Assembly (NCBI GenBank): GCA_951804945.1
Contig: OX638156.1
Span: 10,788,001-10,852,000, forward strand
DNA from: Podarcis cretensis
Taxonomy: Eukaryota
Reading direction: 5' to 3'
DNA length: 64,000 nucleotides
Under the pieces are notes generated by a model that did not search any database, was not told where the DNA came from, and was given only the letters and a program-made list of their open reading frames with translations. The stretch's first letter is position 1, and the number at the start of each line of letters is the position of its first letter. Positions 45,989-58,671 of the stretch are shown piece after piece. The translations under genes and the position numbers were made by a program.

Positions 45989-46182
45989 CAGTGGTACTTT
46001 GGGATGCGAACAGGATCCGTTCCAGAGCCCCGTTCGCATTCAGAAGCGAACGCAACCCACGTCTGCGCGTGCACGGGTCGCATTTCGCCGCTTCCGCACA
46101 TGCACTTGACGTCATTTTGACTGTCTGCGCATGCGCGTGCGGCGAAACCCGGAAGTAATGTGCTCCAGGTAACGCACTGACT
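45989..46182. mobile_element. Degenerate Tigger-type MITE
   Basis: ta-cagtggtact...gactg-ta ends. Confidence 0.5.
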
Positions 46183-46433
46183 GTATTTATTTATTTATTT
46201 ATTTATTTGCCACCCATTAAACATTTTTAAAAATCCCTATACAGGACTGCCTTGGGGTGCCTTCTAAAAGTTGCATAGTTACTTATCTCCTTGGCTCGGG
46301 GGTTGCATAACTCCATACCCTCCAACACTTCTCCGATGAAAATAAGACATCCTAAGGAAAAGCGGGACATTCCGGGATCAAATAAGAAACTGGGACGGCT
46401 TCTGGAAAATAGGGACACTTGGAGGGTCTGGAG

Positions 46434-46678
46434 TAGGGGTCAGCAAACTTTCAGCAGGGGGCCAGTCCACTGTCCCTCAGACCTTGTAGGGAGCTGGACT
46501 ATATTGGGGGGGGGATGAACGAATTCCTATGCCCCACAAATAACCCTGAGATGCATTTTAAATAAAAGGACACATTCTACTCATGTAAAAACACACTGAT
46601 TCCCAGACCGTCTGCAGGCCGGATTGAGAAGGCAATTGGGCCGGATCTGGCCCCCAGGCCTTAGTTTGCCTACCCATG
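46434..46678. mobile_element. hAT MITE, same family as 41385-41637, inverted
   Basis: Reverse-complement similarity; TSD gtctggag/gtctgggg. Confidence 0.8.
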
Positions 46679-47489
46679 GTCTGGGGTATGTTGATGCAAC
46701 TTGTTTCCCTGCATCAGTGGGTTTCTATGGGACGTGTGTTTCCTCAGATGGCCTGCAAGCAAGGCTTCCCCCCCCCCAGCCGGAACTCAGTTCTGGCACC
46801 TCTCAAATGGGCGCATGGCCATTCTAAGAGAACAAGGGAGGTGTTTGTGGTCAGTTCTGGCACCTCTTTTTCTAGAAAAATAGTACTGGCTGCAACTGAT
46901 CAAATAGCACAGAGGTGGAGAACCTGCAGCCTTCTGGAACACGGTTCATTGGCATGGCCAGTGGTCAGAGGCGATGGGCATTCGAATCCTACAAGCTATG
47001 GAGAAGCACAGATTCCTCGTCCCTAAAACAGCAGGCATAGTGAACTGGTGGCTGAACTCCGAATGCCCGTTGGTGAGATCCTGCTTTCAGGTTTCCCATG
47101 GTCACCTGGCTGGCCACTGTGAGAATAGGATGGTGGACTAGATGGGCCATTGGCCGGATTCAGCTTACGGCTCTTCTGATGTCCTTATGCATGCACCAGC
47201 CCTGCCCCTCCCATTACAGATTGGAGAGTCTCAGCTTCTCCCGCTATTCTGCCGAGAAAGTGATGGGTCGTCAGATTAAAAATATAGGCTTGGAAAACAT
47301 AAACTACCCTATAATAAGTTTCCAGGGTCTCAAAATACACCTTAACATTTAGAATGAGTTCATACTGTGGACCGCCCTGAGACCTCCAGGTATAGGGCGG
47401 AATATATATAAATTCAATAAATAAATACAGAATGTAGTAGGCTGTTAATATCTACATACGTGTTAAGATAATAACATCATATATATTTA

Positions 47490-47740
47490 TCTTCTTCTCT
47501 GGCGATCACTCGTAGCCAAGTAAGATTGTCTTCCATAAACATGGTTTTAACAAGGAGTCCATAAGTGACTGTGGAGGCCAATTCTGGATCCACACATCTT
47601 TCCACAGTGGGGACATTGGTTTCCAGGCAGGAGTTGATCACGGTTTGGATTTGCCAAGCGTGCCTTCCTCTTAGCACGTTTCTCCCTTGCGTCCTGAGTT
47701 CGAGTGTCTTCAAAGCCCATGACACCTTTGGTAAAGGCTG
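47490..47740 (-). mobile_element. RTE-clade LINE 3' end
   Basis: Homologous to 63380-63650; encodes a C-terminal C2H2-like CPHC...CGSRIGLHSH. Confidence 0.75.
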
Positions 47741-47830
47741 ATAATTTATGGGAGTATATTGTATTTGTTTCTTCTACACATTTTTCCCCCTTTCCTATTT
47801 TTTTCTATATATTTTTTCAATATCACCTTA

Positions 47831-48077
47831 CAGTGGTACCTCGGGTTAAGTACTTAATTCGTTCTGGAGGTCCATTCTTAACCTGAAACTGTTCTTAACC
47901 TGAAGCACCACTTTAGCTAATGGGGCCTCCTGCTGCTGCCGCGCCACCGGAGCACGATTTCTGTTCTCATCCTGAAGCAAAGTTCTTAACCCGAGGTACT
48001 GTTTTTGGGTTAGTGGTAAGTCTGTAACCTGAAGCGTCGTCTGTAACCTGAAGCGTATGTAACCCAAGGTACCACTG
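47831..48077. mobile_element. Tigger-type MITE, same family as 42971, inverted
   Basis: TA TSD; TIR cagtggtacc. Confidence 0.82.
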
Positions 48078-48127
48078 TATTTCTTAATCATTTAAATTCT
48101 TTCCACTACTTAATACTTTCAATAATA

Positions 48128-48728
48128 CAGTGGTACCTTGGTTTAAGAACAGTCCGGTTTACGAACGATTTGGTTTACCAGAAGTAGTGTCCCGGTTTGA
48201 GAACTTTACCTCGGTCTAAGAACGGAAGGGACGCAGGTGGCGCTGTGGGTTAAAGCCTCAGCGCCTAGGACTTGCCGATCGAAAGGTCGGCGGTTCGAAT
48301 CCCTGCGGCGGGGTGCGCTCCCGCTGCTCGGTCCCAGCGCCTGCCAACCTAGCAGTTCGAAAGCACCTCCGGGTGCAAGTAGATAAATAGGGACCGCTTA
48401 CCAGCGGGAAGGTAAACGGCGTTTCCGTGTGCGGCTCTGGCTCGCCAGAGCAGCGATGTCACGCTGGCCACGTGACCCGGAAGTGTCTCCGGACAGCGCT
48501 GGCCCCTGGCCTCTTAAGTGAGATGGGCGCACAACCCCAGAGTCTGTCAAGACTGGCCCGTACGGGCAGGGGTACCTTTACCTTTACCTTTAAGAACGGA
48601 AGCCGAACAGTGGAAGGGCACCGGCAGCAGGTGGCCTCATTAGGGAAAGCTCGCCTCGGTTTAAGAATGGTTTCGGTTTAAGAACAGACTTCCGGAACGG
48701 ATTAAGTTCGTAAACCGAGGTACCACTG
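48128..48728. mobile_element. Tigger-type MITE interrupted by a Sauria SINE
   Basis: TA TSD; TIR cagtggtacct/aggtaccactg. Confidence 0.8.
48228..48590 (+). mobile_element. Full-length Sauria SINE, distinct CpG-rich subfamily
   Basis: gggacgcaggtggcgctgtgggttaaagcc...(accttt)n; TSD taagaacggaa(g). Confidence 0.9.
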
Positions 48729-49929
48729 TATATTAATACCAAAATCTTAACAGCTGCAATAAATGAAACGGCAGACTGCTCCCTGCAGGATGCCTTCCCA
48801 TTGATGCCCCACAGAGAAGATACCACAGCTACTTGGCACTCTGAGTTTCAACTTCTAGGGAGCCTGTAGAGATAGCTGGACCCGTGAGGAACAAGGCCAG
48901 CAGCCCCTGCAAACAAAATGTTGGCAAGGCATCCCATTAGGGATAAATAAAGCAAAATTAACGGAGCAATTTACTAGAGACGAGGACCTGACAAACTGGG
49001 ACAGTTGCAGCATATGTATTTTTACCACCAGTTGGGTTGGATTTGGATTTTTATGCCTGGGGCCTCAAAATAGTTCAAGCTGTCTTTTAGAAGGCGGCCT
49101 TCATTATCTTGCGTGATGAGTGAGGAAAAGTTAAACGGAGACATTTTTAGAAACAAGAATGAAAGCGCAATCTGACCTCTGTTCTCAGGCATCTGTTGTG
49201 TGTGAGGATTATTTAAAACATATTCAAGAATATATTAAGGCAGAGCGTGCTTGTTTCCATCACTCCTCTGTCAAGCTAGAAAGGTTTGCTGCGTTTTCCT
49301 CCTCGCTCAAACCCCTCAAATGAAGGACCCTCCATTCTCTACCCCCATCTCGGTGCGATAAGAAATCACGTGGGACCATAAATGGATCCCAAAGTCCATA
49401 TTCCAGTGGGACTGCACAGGTGGGCTACAAGGGCTCTTGCATCGGTCTTACAACCCTATCAATCTCATACGGCTGGGTTGGTCAGCGGGCAAGTCCCAGA
49501 CCCGTCGGTGGTGTTTGTCAGAACACCCCTGTCAAAATAAAGTCAGAAATGAAGTCAAGTTACAGAAATGCACTCAGGTTACATGCTGTGTGGTGTGGTT
49601 TGCAAACTGTTTTCTAGGGAACTCTGAAGTTCCTCTGAAACTTCACCATAGTTCTTCCATTTCGACAGTCACATCTCCATCAAAGGCAGTTCGACTGCTA
49701 TCTGCAAACCACACAAGTTGCAACCAGAGGCCCTCATTGCGGCTGCTGAAGAGCGGGCGAGGCGGAGAAGGGGCTGTTACTGCCGGGGCCCAACCCTGAT
49801 GACACACCAGCTCTGAGGTGCAGGTGGAAGACAGGGTCACCCTGGACAGGAAAAAAGTAGAAACTGAGAGGAGCACAATGTGTATTAATTATTTCTTTTA
49901 AAAAATGCTTTGTGCATCTGCGTCTAATC

Positions 49930-51390
49930 CAGGAGTCGGCAACGTGCAGCCCACGGGCCAGATGCGGCCCACGAAGACCATTTTACTGGCCCACGAGCTG
50001 CTCCTGAACTGAGCCGCTGTAGCACCCTGCTTGTGGTTAACGCTTAGCTGGAATGAAATATTCAACGCAGCAATAGAGAAATTAAAATAATAATTTATTT
50101 GTCAGACAAATAAATATGAGGCACAGTGGTATATGGTTACCAAGCTCTGGCCTGGCCTCCTGCCATTCTGGCCAGCACTTATATTTCCTTAATCCAGCCC
50201 CCTTGCTCCTCCTGTGGCTGCCTCTGTCCAATCAGCCTGGTTGAAATTCCTATTGGCTGTTTGCTAGAACCAATCACAAAAGATACACCCATTTCCTTTT
50301 GCCCTTTTATGGGAAATAAAAGCCATATTTATAATTGGCAAACAAGTAGCCATTAACCTCTACAAGGCACCTTAATTACCAAATCACCTTTGCCCCCTTA
50401 ATTCTAAAATAGAGCAGATGGCTAAAACAGATGGTGGCTAATTCTATTTTAAACAGGTATCAAAGATCTTTTGTACGCATCATCAATGAAAGATCTCCTT
50501 CATTGGAGGTTCCTTTAAACAAAAACCTGACAACCATCTGTCTAGAGTGCTCTGATGGTGTTTTCCTGGTTGGCAAAGGGGGGGGGGGCTAGGCTGGTGG
50601 CTGATGGCCCCTGTGATCTCTTCCAACTATATGAAATAGGAATCTAGCATAAGGATTTAACATTTCTTAGCTTCTAATTCCTTTGCATAATTACATTTAA
50701 GCCAATATATTTTTAATACATAATATATATAATTTTTTATAAGCAAAGACGTTTTCGAAGTAAGAAAAAACTTAAAAACACTTTCTTTCCCTATTTCCAT
50801 TAGCTCTTGCCCTTAGGAAAATGTGGCTCAAGTCTCTAATGGTAGGCACAATAATTCTTACTATTTACCAACTTAATTGTAGCTTAATTGTACTCTGCAA
50901 TATGCAAGGTCGGTGACCTCGCTCAGCCTTTTATGACCGCAATAAACCAGAGGGCCTCTCTGGCGAAGAGGATGAACATCTGCCAATATCTTAGCCAGCC
51001 TAGTTTCTGCCTGGCATGAATCATTTGTGAATTTGAACTCATTTTTAAGATACAACCTTGATCAAAAAATATAAGCTTGATAAAAATGCAGGCTTATGAT
51101 TAGATGCCTCACCGCCTGTTTGGCGAGTCCCCTGCGTGCTGCACTAAACCAGCACAGTGCGGCACAGGGTCTTGCTGAGCGGCACTGGAAATCGCATCTG
51201 CGCACACGCAAATACCGGAAATCGCGTCTGTGTGTGTCCAAACGCCAAAAATCACTTCTGCGCCGGTGTGATTTTCGGCGTCTGGGCATGCGTAGACACG
51301 ATTTCCAGCATCACGCTGTGCCAGTCCGGCCCACAGACGATCTCCATGGGAGTGATCCGGCCCATGGCCAGTAAACTTTGCAAACCCCTG
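49930..51390. mobile_element. hAT MITE carrying a nested solo LTR
   Basis: Ends caggagtcggcaac/tttgcaaacccctg; perfect 8-bp TSD gtctaatc. Confidence 0.8.
50018..51111 (-). mobile_element. Solo LTR (ERV1- or Gypsy-type), 1094 bp
   Basis: TG...CA termini; 4-bp TSD ccgc; CCAAT, TATA-like and AATAAA motifs in order on the minus strand. Confidence 0.7.
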
Positions 51391-51418
51391 GTCTAATCTT
51401 TTCCCTTTATAAAATGTA

Positions 51419-51668
51419 CAGTCATGCCTTGGAAGTCAAACAGCTTAGTTCCCAAACGTTTTGGCTCCCAAACGTCGCAAACCCTGACGTGACTGTTCCG
51501 GTTTGCGAACTATTTTTGGAAGCTGAACGTCCGCCGGGGCTTCTGTGGCTTCCGATTGGCTGCAGGAGCTTCCTGCAGCCAATCAGGAGCCATGCTTTGG
51601 TTTTCGAACGTTTTGGAAGTCGAACTGACTTCTGGAATGGATTCCATTTGACTGCCAAGGTACGACTG
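51419..51668. mobile_element. Tigger-type MITE
   Basis: ta-cagtcatgccttgg...ccaaggtacgactg-ta. Confidence 0.72.
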
Positions 51669-51910
51669 TATTTACTGGTGTTTTATTCTTTTTCTTTTTG
51701 TAAATCCACTGAAGAATAAAATAAAAATCAGGATTAAGAGGTTTTCTCAGAACAGTGTGTGTGCTGTATCTGATTGCTGTCGTGATGGCTCCACTCGCCT
51801 TCTTCAGATAGGAAATGCTGGGGCGAGGGGGGAGACACAAAAATGGAGAGTTGAGGAGGGTCGGTTGTGGATGGGGGGCGGGGAGAGAAGGGCAGAAATG
51901 TCCCTATTCT

Positions 51911-52309
51911 TGGCCAGAGATGGAAATAAGATAAAGTCTCTACCAGAGAAGAATGGCAGGTGAACTTAATGGACTATGCTGAAACAGCTAAAATGACCAG
52001 AAGAGTCAGAAATCAGGAATACCAAAATTTTAACAAGGAATGGGGGGAAATTATTACTTACCTTAAAGACCGTTGTAAACAGTTAAAATCATTAGTAGGA
52101 TTGGAATATCACTTGCAATTTAAGGTTGAATTCTGGGCATAATGGAAGAGGTAAAGGGTTGCTTATCATAAAAGATGCAGGAGGAATGGATTAACAATAA
52201 GACCCACAAAGGGGAGGATGGAAGTCCAGGAGAGTCCTTGGAATCTTGCTTTTATGATTTATGTTTGATATCTCTCTGTAAAACCAAATAAATAAATTTT
52301 TAAAAAGAA
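51911..52309 (+). mobile_element. L1 3' fragment
   Basis: ORF2 C-terminal remnant (LMDYAETAKMT...FNKEW), AATAAA and A-rich end; 15-bp TSD aaatgtccctattct. Confidence 0.8.
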
Positions 52310-53371
52310 AAATGTCCCTATTCTCATCTGAGGAGTGTTGGAGGGCATGGGATATCATGTGCAATGATGAGCAAGGCTTCAAAAGGTAACTTTGAGATGC
52401 ATTTACAAGGCAGCCCTGCCCTAGACAAACATTGTATTATTCTCTCTGTAAAGCTACACACCCTGGTTCTTCAGTTTTTGCCCGTTTGGGCCTGGAAGCG
52501 GGTTAGTAGCTCAGGGTTTCCTCCAGACTTTCCAGGCCCAGGTCCTTAAAGCTCTGTGTCTGTGCCCTTTTTTCTGCACCAGAGCTTTCTCCAGTAAAAA
52601 ACACATTCCATAAGGCTCAATCGGAGCAAATGGCCATCCGTAGAAAACACAAATTGCCAGTCAGCTTTAAATAGCAGAGGAAATTATCGAAGTTTCGTTA
52701 CTCAGACCACTTGACAAAAAGGGGAAGTGGCCTACATATAGAGATTTGTTGAAGGATCAAGAAGGGAAATGGAAATTAAAAGATAATGAGGAAATTAAAG
52801 ATCATTTTCAGAGTTGGTTACACTACAGACAATTACATGAGATGTACAAGGAAGACAATAAGAAAGGGTTTAGTTATACAACTTCTAGATTTCAAAAGGA
52901 AGTTATAGAATAAGAAGTGAAGCTGCTGAAGAAAGCATATAGTATTTTGCTAGAATGGGAAACAAAAGATGAGGTCAAATCGGTCATGATCAAATGGGCA
53001 CAAGATATCGGACATAATATACAATTTGAGGACTGGGGAAAATTGTGGAAAGTAGATTTGAAATTTACGGATTGTTCTCTTTTGAAAGAAAATTATATGA
53101 AAATGATGTACATATCACACCAGTACAGATAGCAAAAATGTATAAAACCGGGTCAGACATATGATGGAAATGTAAAGAAAAAGAAAGGACTTTTTACCAT
53201 ATGTGGTGGGAATGTAGAGAAGTTAAAAAAAATTGGGAAATGATATACAATGAATTTTAAAAAATGCTCAAAATGACATTTGTAAAAAAAACCCAGAAGC
53301 ATTTTTGTTAGGGATTGTAGGACAAGACCTGCCAAGAAAAACAAAGAATTTATGTATGCAACAACAGCAGC

Positions 53372-53419
<48 letters not shown>

Positions 53420-53481
53420 TTATTATTTATACCCTGCCCATCTGTCTGGGCCTCCCCAGCCACTCTGGGCGGCTTCCATAG
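53372..53481 (-). mobile_element. L2-type 3' tail with (TAA)n
   Basis: Matches the tails at 16170 and 62686. Confidence 0.7.
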
Positions 53482-53583
53482 AAACCAAATAGTCTTGATA
53501 GCACAAGGATGGAAGAATGAGGAAGTCCCAACAGAAGAACAGTGGCAAGAAAAAAGGGGGGGAAATAACGTACTGTATGTGAT

Positions 53584-54060
53584 CACCTTGCCAACAAAGG
53601 TCCGTATAGTTAAAGCTATGGTTTTCCCAGTAATGATGTATGGAAGTGAGAGCTGGACCATAAAGAAGGCTGATCGCCGAATAATTGATGCTTTTGAATT
53701 ATGGTGCTGGAGGAGACTCTTGAGAGTCCCATGAACTGCAAGAAGATCAAACCTCTCCATTCTGAAGGAAATCAGCCCTGAGTGCTCACTGGAAGGACAG
53801 ATTGTGAAGCTGAGGCTCCAGTACTTTGGCCACCTCATGAGAAGAGAAGACTCCCTGGAGAAGACCCTGATGCTGGGAAAGATGGAGGGCACAAGGAGAA
53901 GGGGGCGACAGAGGACGAGATGGTTGGATAGTGTTTTCGAGGTTACCAGCATGAGTCTGACCAAGCTGCGGGGGGCAGTGGAGGACAGGAGTGCCTGGCG
54001 TTCTCTGGTCCATGGGGTCACGAAGAGTCGGACACGACTAAACGACTAAACAACAACAAA
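53584..54060 (+). mobile_element. Bov-B LINE, 5'-truncated
   Basis: TKVRIVKAMVFPVMMYGSESWTIKK...AFELWCWRRLLRVP; 7-bp TSD atgtgat. Confidence 0.92.
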
Positions 54061-54463
54061 ATGTGATTTTATGGTTTGATACTTTGTTATGTTGAAATTG
54101 CTTAATAAAAAATATTTTTTTAAAAAAATAGCAGAGGAAATCTCCAGAGGAGAAAAACAGGTGCTCAGACACAGAGCTTTAAGTCACAGACCTGGGCCTG
54201 CAAAAAGCAGGGTGAAAAAGGTCAATGTGGATAATCTTTTTAGATATTAAGCTGTGACACAGGAACTCGCCTGCCTGGAATTCATTTCTGCCACAAGCTT
54301 AGTAGGTAGATATTTAGGCTAGTGGTTCTATCTCAGCTGAGGAACCTCAAAGGTCATCCAGCCCAGCCCCCTCCTGCTACAGAAGACTCACATGCTAAGG
54401 CATCGCTGATAGATGGACCACCCACCCTCTACTTTTAAACATCTGACAAAGGAGCGCCTACCA

Positions 54464-54602
54464 CAGGCATAGGCAAATTCGGCCCTCCAGATGTTTTTTG
54501 GGACTACAACTCCCATCATCCCTGGCCACTGGTCCTGTTAGCTAGGGATGATGGGAGTTGTAGTCCCCAAAACATCCAGAGGGCTGAGTTTGCCTATGCC
54601 TG
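54464..54602. mobile_element. Palindromic hAT MITE
   Basis: Near-perfect inverted repeat; perfect TSD gcctacca. Confidence 0.85.
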
Positions 54603-55078
54603 GCCTACCATGTCCCTATTAGCATTTAGAGTTGAAGGCTGGCAAAAGCTGAATTGAGACAGAATGCTTTCCCTGGATAAAACCACCCAGAGACTCTGAG
54701 TTTTAGAAAACAAGCAGGTTAATAGTTATTAAAGGTAATACAAGTTGAAAGGAAAGATCCCTCGTTCTGTTTAGCTAAGGAGGATTTCCAATAATCCGTG
54801 CTTGCTCCTGCATCTCAAGAGAAGAGAGGTCCAAAATACGTCTCTGAAAAGGTATCTTGTGGTCAGCTCCACTCAGGAATGTCCCTGTGAGATTCTTGCC
54901 ACCTCTGTACCTCCCCAGGGATCTCCCACATTACAGAAAACACCCCAATCTCTTTTTTCTGCCATCAAAGACCACATTAACACATTTGAAGCACTGCGAT
55001 ACCACTTTAACAGTCATGGCTCACCCCAAGGGATCCTGGGAAGTGTAGTTTGTCAAGGGTGCTGCTGAGTGTTGTTAG

Positions 55079-55428
55079 AAGGTAAAGCGACCCCTGACTA
55101 TTAGGTCCAGTTGTGACCGACTCTGGGGTTGCGGCACTCATCTTGCTTTATTGGCCGAGGGAGCCTGCGTACAGCTTCCACGTCAAGTGGCCAGCATGAG
55201 TAACCCGCTTCTGGCGAACCAGAGCAGCCCACGGAAATGATGTTTACCTTCCCACTGGAGCAGTACCTATTTATCTACTTGCACTTTGACGTGCTTTCGA
55301 ACTGCTAGGTTGGCAGGAGCAGGGACTGAGCAACAGGAGCTCACCCTGTCACGGGGATTCGAACCACTGACCTTCTGACTGGCAAGCCCTAGGCTCTGTG
55401 GTTTAACACACAGCGCCACCCGCGTCCC
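55079..55428 (-). mobile_element. Sauria SINE
   Basis: Reverse complement of the consensus; 13-bp TSD tgagtgttgttag. Confidence 0.88.
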
Positions 55429-55787
55429 TACTCTCGTGAGTGTTGTTAGGAGACAGGAGACGCCTATTCCCCTCCCAGAACTACAATTACCAGAGTTCCC
55501 TGTGAAAAGGGATTGATGGTTAAATGGCTCAGAGAATTGTAGCTTGGGTTAGCAAATTGGGGATCTCTCCTGACAACCCTCAGTACCCTTAAAAGACTGC
55601 ACTTCCCAGTGGGGGGAGCCATGACTTTTTAAAGTAGTATCACAGTGCTTTAAACGTATAGTTTGAATGAGGCCAAAGTCTGGTTAAGGAGGAGCCATGA
55701 AGCTTCCAGTCTTCAGAGCTATTGGACGGCAGACAGACCAGGCACTCAGCCGACAGGTTCATAATATGGTATTTCTATGTATATCAT

Positions 55788-56071
55788 GTTCCTGAGTGCT
55801 CACTGGAAGGACAGATCTTGAAGCTGAGGCTCCAATTCTTTGGCCACCTCATGAGAAGAAAAGACTCCCTGGAAAAGACCCTGATGTTGGGAAAGATGGA
55901 GGGCACAAGGAGAAGGGGACGACAGAGGACGAAATGGCTGGACAGTGTTCTCGAAGCTACGAACATGAGTTTGACCAAACTGCGGGAGGCAGTGGAAGAC
56001 AGAAGTGCCTGGCGTGCTCTGGTCCATGGGGTCACGAAGAGTCGGACATGACTAAAGGACTAAACAACAAC
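55788..56071 (+). mobile_element. Bov-B LINE 3' end
   Basis: LKLRLQFFGHLMRRKDSLEKTLMLGK; 11-bp TSD atgtatatcat. Confidence 0.9.
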
Positions 56072-56805
56072 ATGTATATCATAGCAATGGTTTCAAAATC
56101 AGCAGCTGCACATATAAGCTAGCATGTTCAAATTTTATGCAAGTCTGCACCCTCTTTTGCATGTTTTCGAAGTGATGCGTTTTCTCTTCTTTTGGCAATG
56201 TGTAAGTGACCACCTTAATCTCTCCCCCAGTCACTTGTTAAGGCAAAGGTTCCTTGATCAAAAGTCTCATTTTGCCCAAGTTCCAGATTCAGGTAGGTAG
56301 CCGTGTTGGTCTGACGCAGTCAAAATATATTAAAAAATTAGATTGCATTCTAATTGTTGCCGTCGTTTTTGCTAATTCAATCATTTCAAAAAATTATTCA
56401 AAATCTCAAACAGGAATGGAAATGTGTAGAAGAATACATGATCAAAACATGCTCCAACAAGAATTTATTGATATGTATAGACTGATTTCACAAAGCTAAG
56501 CTAAGCAGATATATAAGACTCAATGTTTAATAATTAAGATACAAAAATACAATCTCAATAATAAAGTTATAAAATAATAACGAGGAAGTCACGCATGGGT
56601 GGAGGGAAGACACAGGGCAAGAAATAAGAAATGGATAAATGTTGGTACATAATGAAATGTGAAAAATGTGAATTTACGAATATAATGTATATGTATCATT
56701 ATGTAACGATTTCATATATGTATTGCAACAGAAAGGAAGGAAGGAAGGAAGGAGGGAGGGAGGGAGGGAGGGGGGAATTTTAAAAATTGTCCAATAGCAC
56801 CTTAG

Positions 56806-57249
56806 TAAAGGTAAAGGGACCCCTGACCATTAGGTCCAGTCATGACCGACTCTGGGGTTGCAGTGCTCATCTTGCTTCCGGGTCATGTGGCCAGCATGAC
56901 TAAGCGTACAGCTTCCGGGTCATGTGGCCAGCATGACTAAGCCACTTCTGGCGAACCAGAGCAGCACACGGAAACACCGTTTACCTTCCCGCCAGAGCGG
57001 TACCTATACTTGCACTTTGAGGTGCTTTCGAACTGCTAGGTTGGCAGGAGCAGGGACCGAGCAACGGCAGCTCACCCCGTCTCGGGGATTCATAGAATCA
57101 TAGAATCATAGAGTTGGAAGAGACCACAAGGGCCATCGAGTCCAACCCCCTGCCAAGCAGGAAACACCATCAGAGCACTTCGACCCACCGACCTTCTGAT
57201 CGGCAAGTCCTAGGCTCTGTGTTTTAACCCACAGCGCCACCTGCGTCCC
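56806..57249 (-). mobile_element. Sauria SINE with internal duplication and a CR1-type insert at 57092-57178
   Basis: 13-bp TSD aatagcaccttag; sits in a Penelope-like terminal sequence (gtagccgtgttggtctg...gcaccttagagaccaac). Confidence 0.85.
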
Positions 57250-58320
57250 AATAGCACCTTAGAGACCAACTAAGTTTGTTCTGGCTATAAGCGTTTGTGT
57301 GCATGCACACTTCTTCAGATGCCCAAGTTGTTTGCCCGGGCAAGTGAAGGGCACCATAAATGTGGCTGCTCAAGACCAGAAATCTTGTTTTTCAAGGGCA
57401 AGATGTTTTCAGAGAAACCTCATAAACCCTGCAAGGACCCACCCTCTGCTAACCACTGCTGATCAGAGTTATAAACCAGACTTGGCCACCCACTATGATT
57501 CAGGGCAATGTACCAGCCTATGGCCTGATAAGGAAAATCCTGGGGTGCGGATTTACTCCACTGCCCAGCTCATTGGGGTGCCACTCCCTGCGTGTCTCTC
57601 CAGTCAGCAAAAGAAGGAGTCTCTAGCCAATTTAAAGAAGCAAAGAGCGGTCAGCAGAGCTGATCTTTATTTGCGGGCACATGCTCTGCTTATTGCTACA
57701 ATTTTATAGACTGCTTTTCTGAGCCTCTTTGCTGTTGTGTATGTATGGTGCCTGTGTCAACGGTCATTCTCCTGGCCTTAGTTAGAGGCTGTGGTGGGGA
57801 CTTAGGACTTGGGGAAAGTTGTCTAACTGCCCCCCCCCCATTTCTGGTTTTAACAGCCCCATAGCTACCAAAGTATTACATGCTGTTGCAAGATGAGTGC
57901 AGTGGAGATTCGTGAACATGAAGTCCCGTGAACAGCTCCGTATGGCAGATTTCACGCCCTTCTCTCTGGCCACAGGGTTCCCAGGCCCTTAGTAGCTGCA
58001 CGACAGGCAGAAATTCTACTGGTGCAGCCCCGAAAAACTTAGATCCATGATACAGTATCTTAATGACCTCCAGAGTCCTTATATCCCACCATGATCCTTG
58101 AGATCATTGGGCTTAATTTCCCACTGGGACTCAACCAGAAGCCAGGCATGGAGTGCCGCCAGCCTCACGCAGCGGAACAGTCTTCCAGCAGAGATGGAAC
58201 AGGCACCCTCACTTTTCACTTTCAGGAACACCTTGCCAAAAGATCTTTGCAGCTGTTTAATCCGCCAGTTGTTTTGGTGATTATTTTTTCCTGTTTTAAT
58301 GATGCTTTATTGCTATACAC

Positions 58321-58671
58321 AGGAAGCAGGTGGCGCTGTGGGTTAAACCACAGAGCCTAGGACTTGCTGATCAGAAGGTCGGCGGTTCGAATCCCCGCGA
58401 CGGGGTGAGCTCCTGTTGCTCGGTCCCTGCTCCTGCCTACCTAGCAGTTCGAAAGCACGTCAAAGTGTAAGTAGATAAATAGGTACCACTCCAGCGGGAA
58501 GTTAAACGGTGTTTCCGTGCGCTGCTCTGGTTCGCCAGAAGCAGCTCAGTCATGCTGGCCACATGACCCGGAAGCTGTACGCCGGCTCCCTCGGCCAATA
58601 AAGCAAGATGAGCGCCGCAACCCCAGAGTCGGTCATGACTAGACCTAATGGTCAGGGGTCCCTCTACCTTT
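58321..58671 (+). mobile_element. Sauria SINE
   Basis: Full-length match to the other copies. Confidence 0.88.

Larger units (their letters stand above)
52685..54125 (+). mobile_element. 5'-truncated L1 with nested L2 tail and Bov-B
   Basis: MIKWAQDIGHNI...LKENYMKMMY and HMWWEC remnants; 16-bp TSD aaatagcagaggaaat at 52669 and 54126. Confidence 0.82.

Noticed and set aside
16734-58400. tRNA-like A/B box sequences
   Set aside because: All are SINE heads followed by SINE bodies, not tRNA genes.
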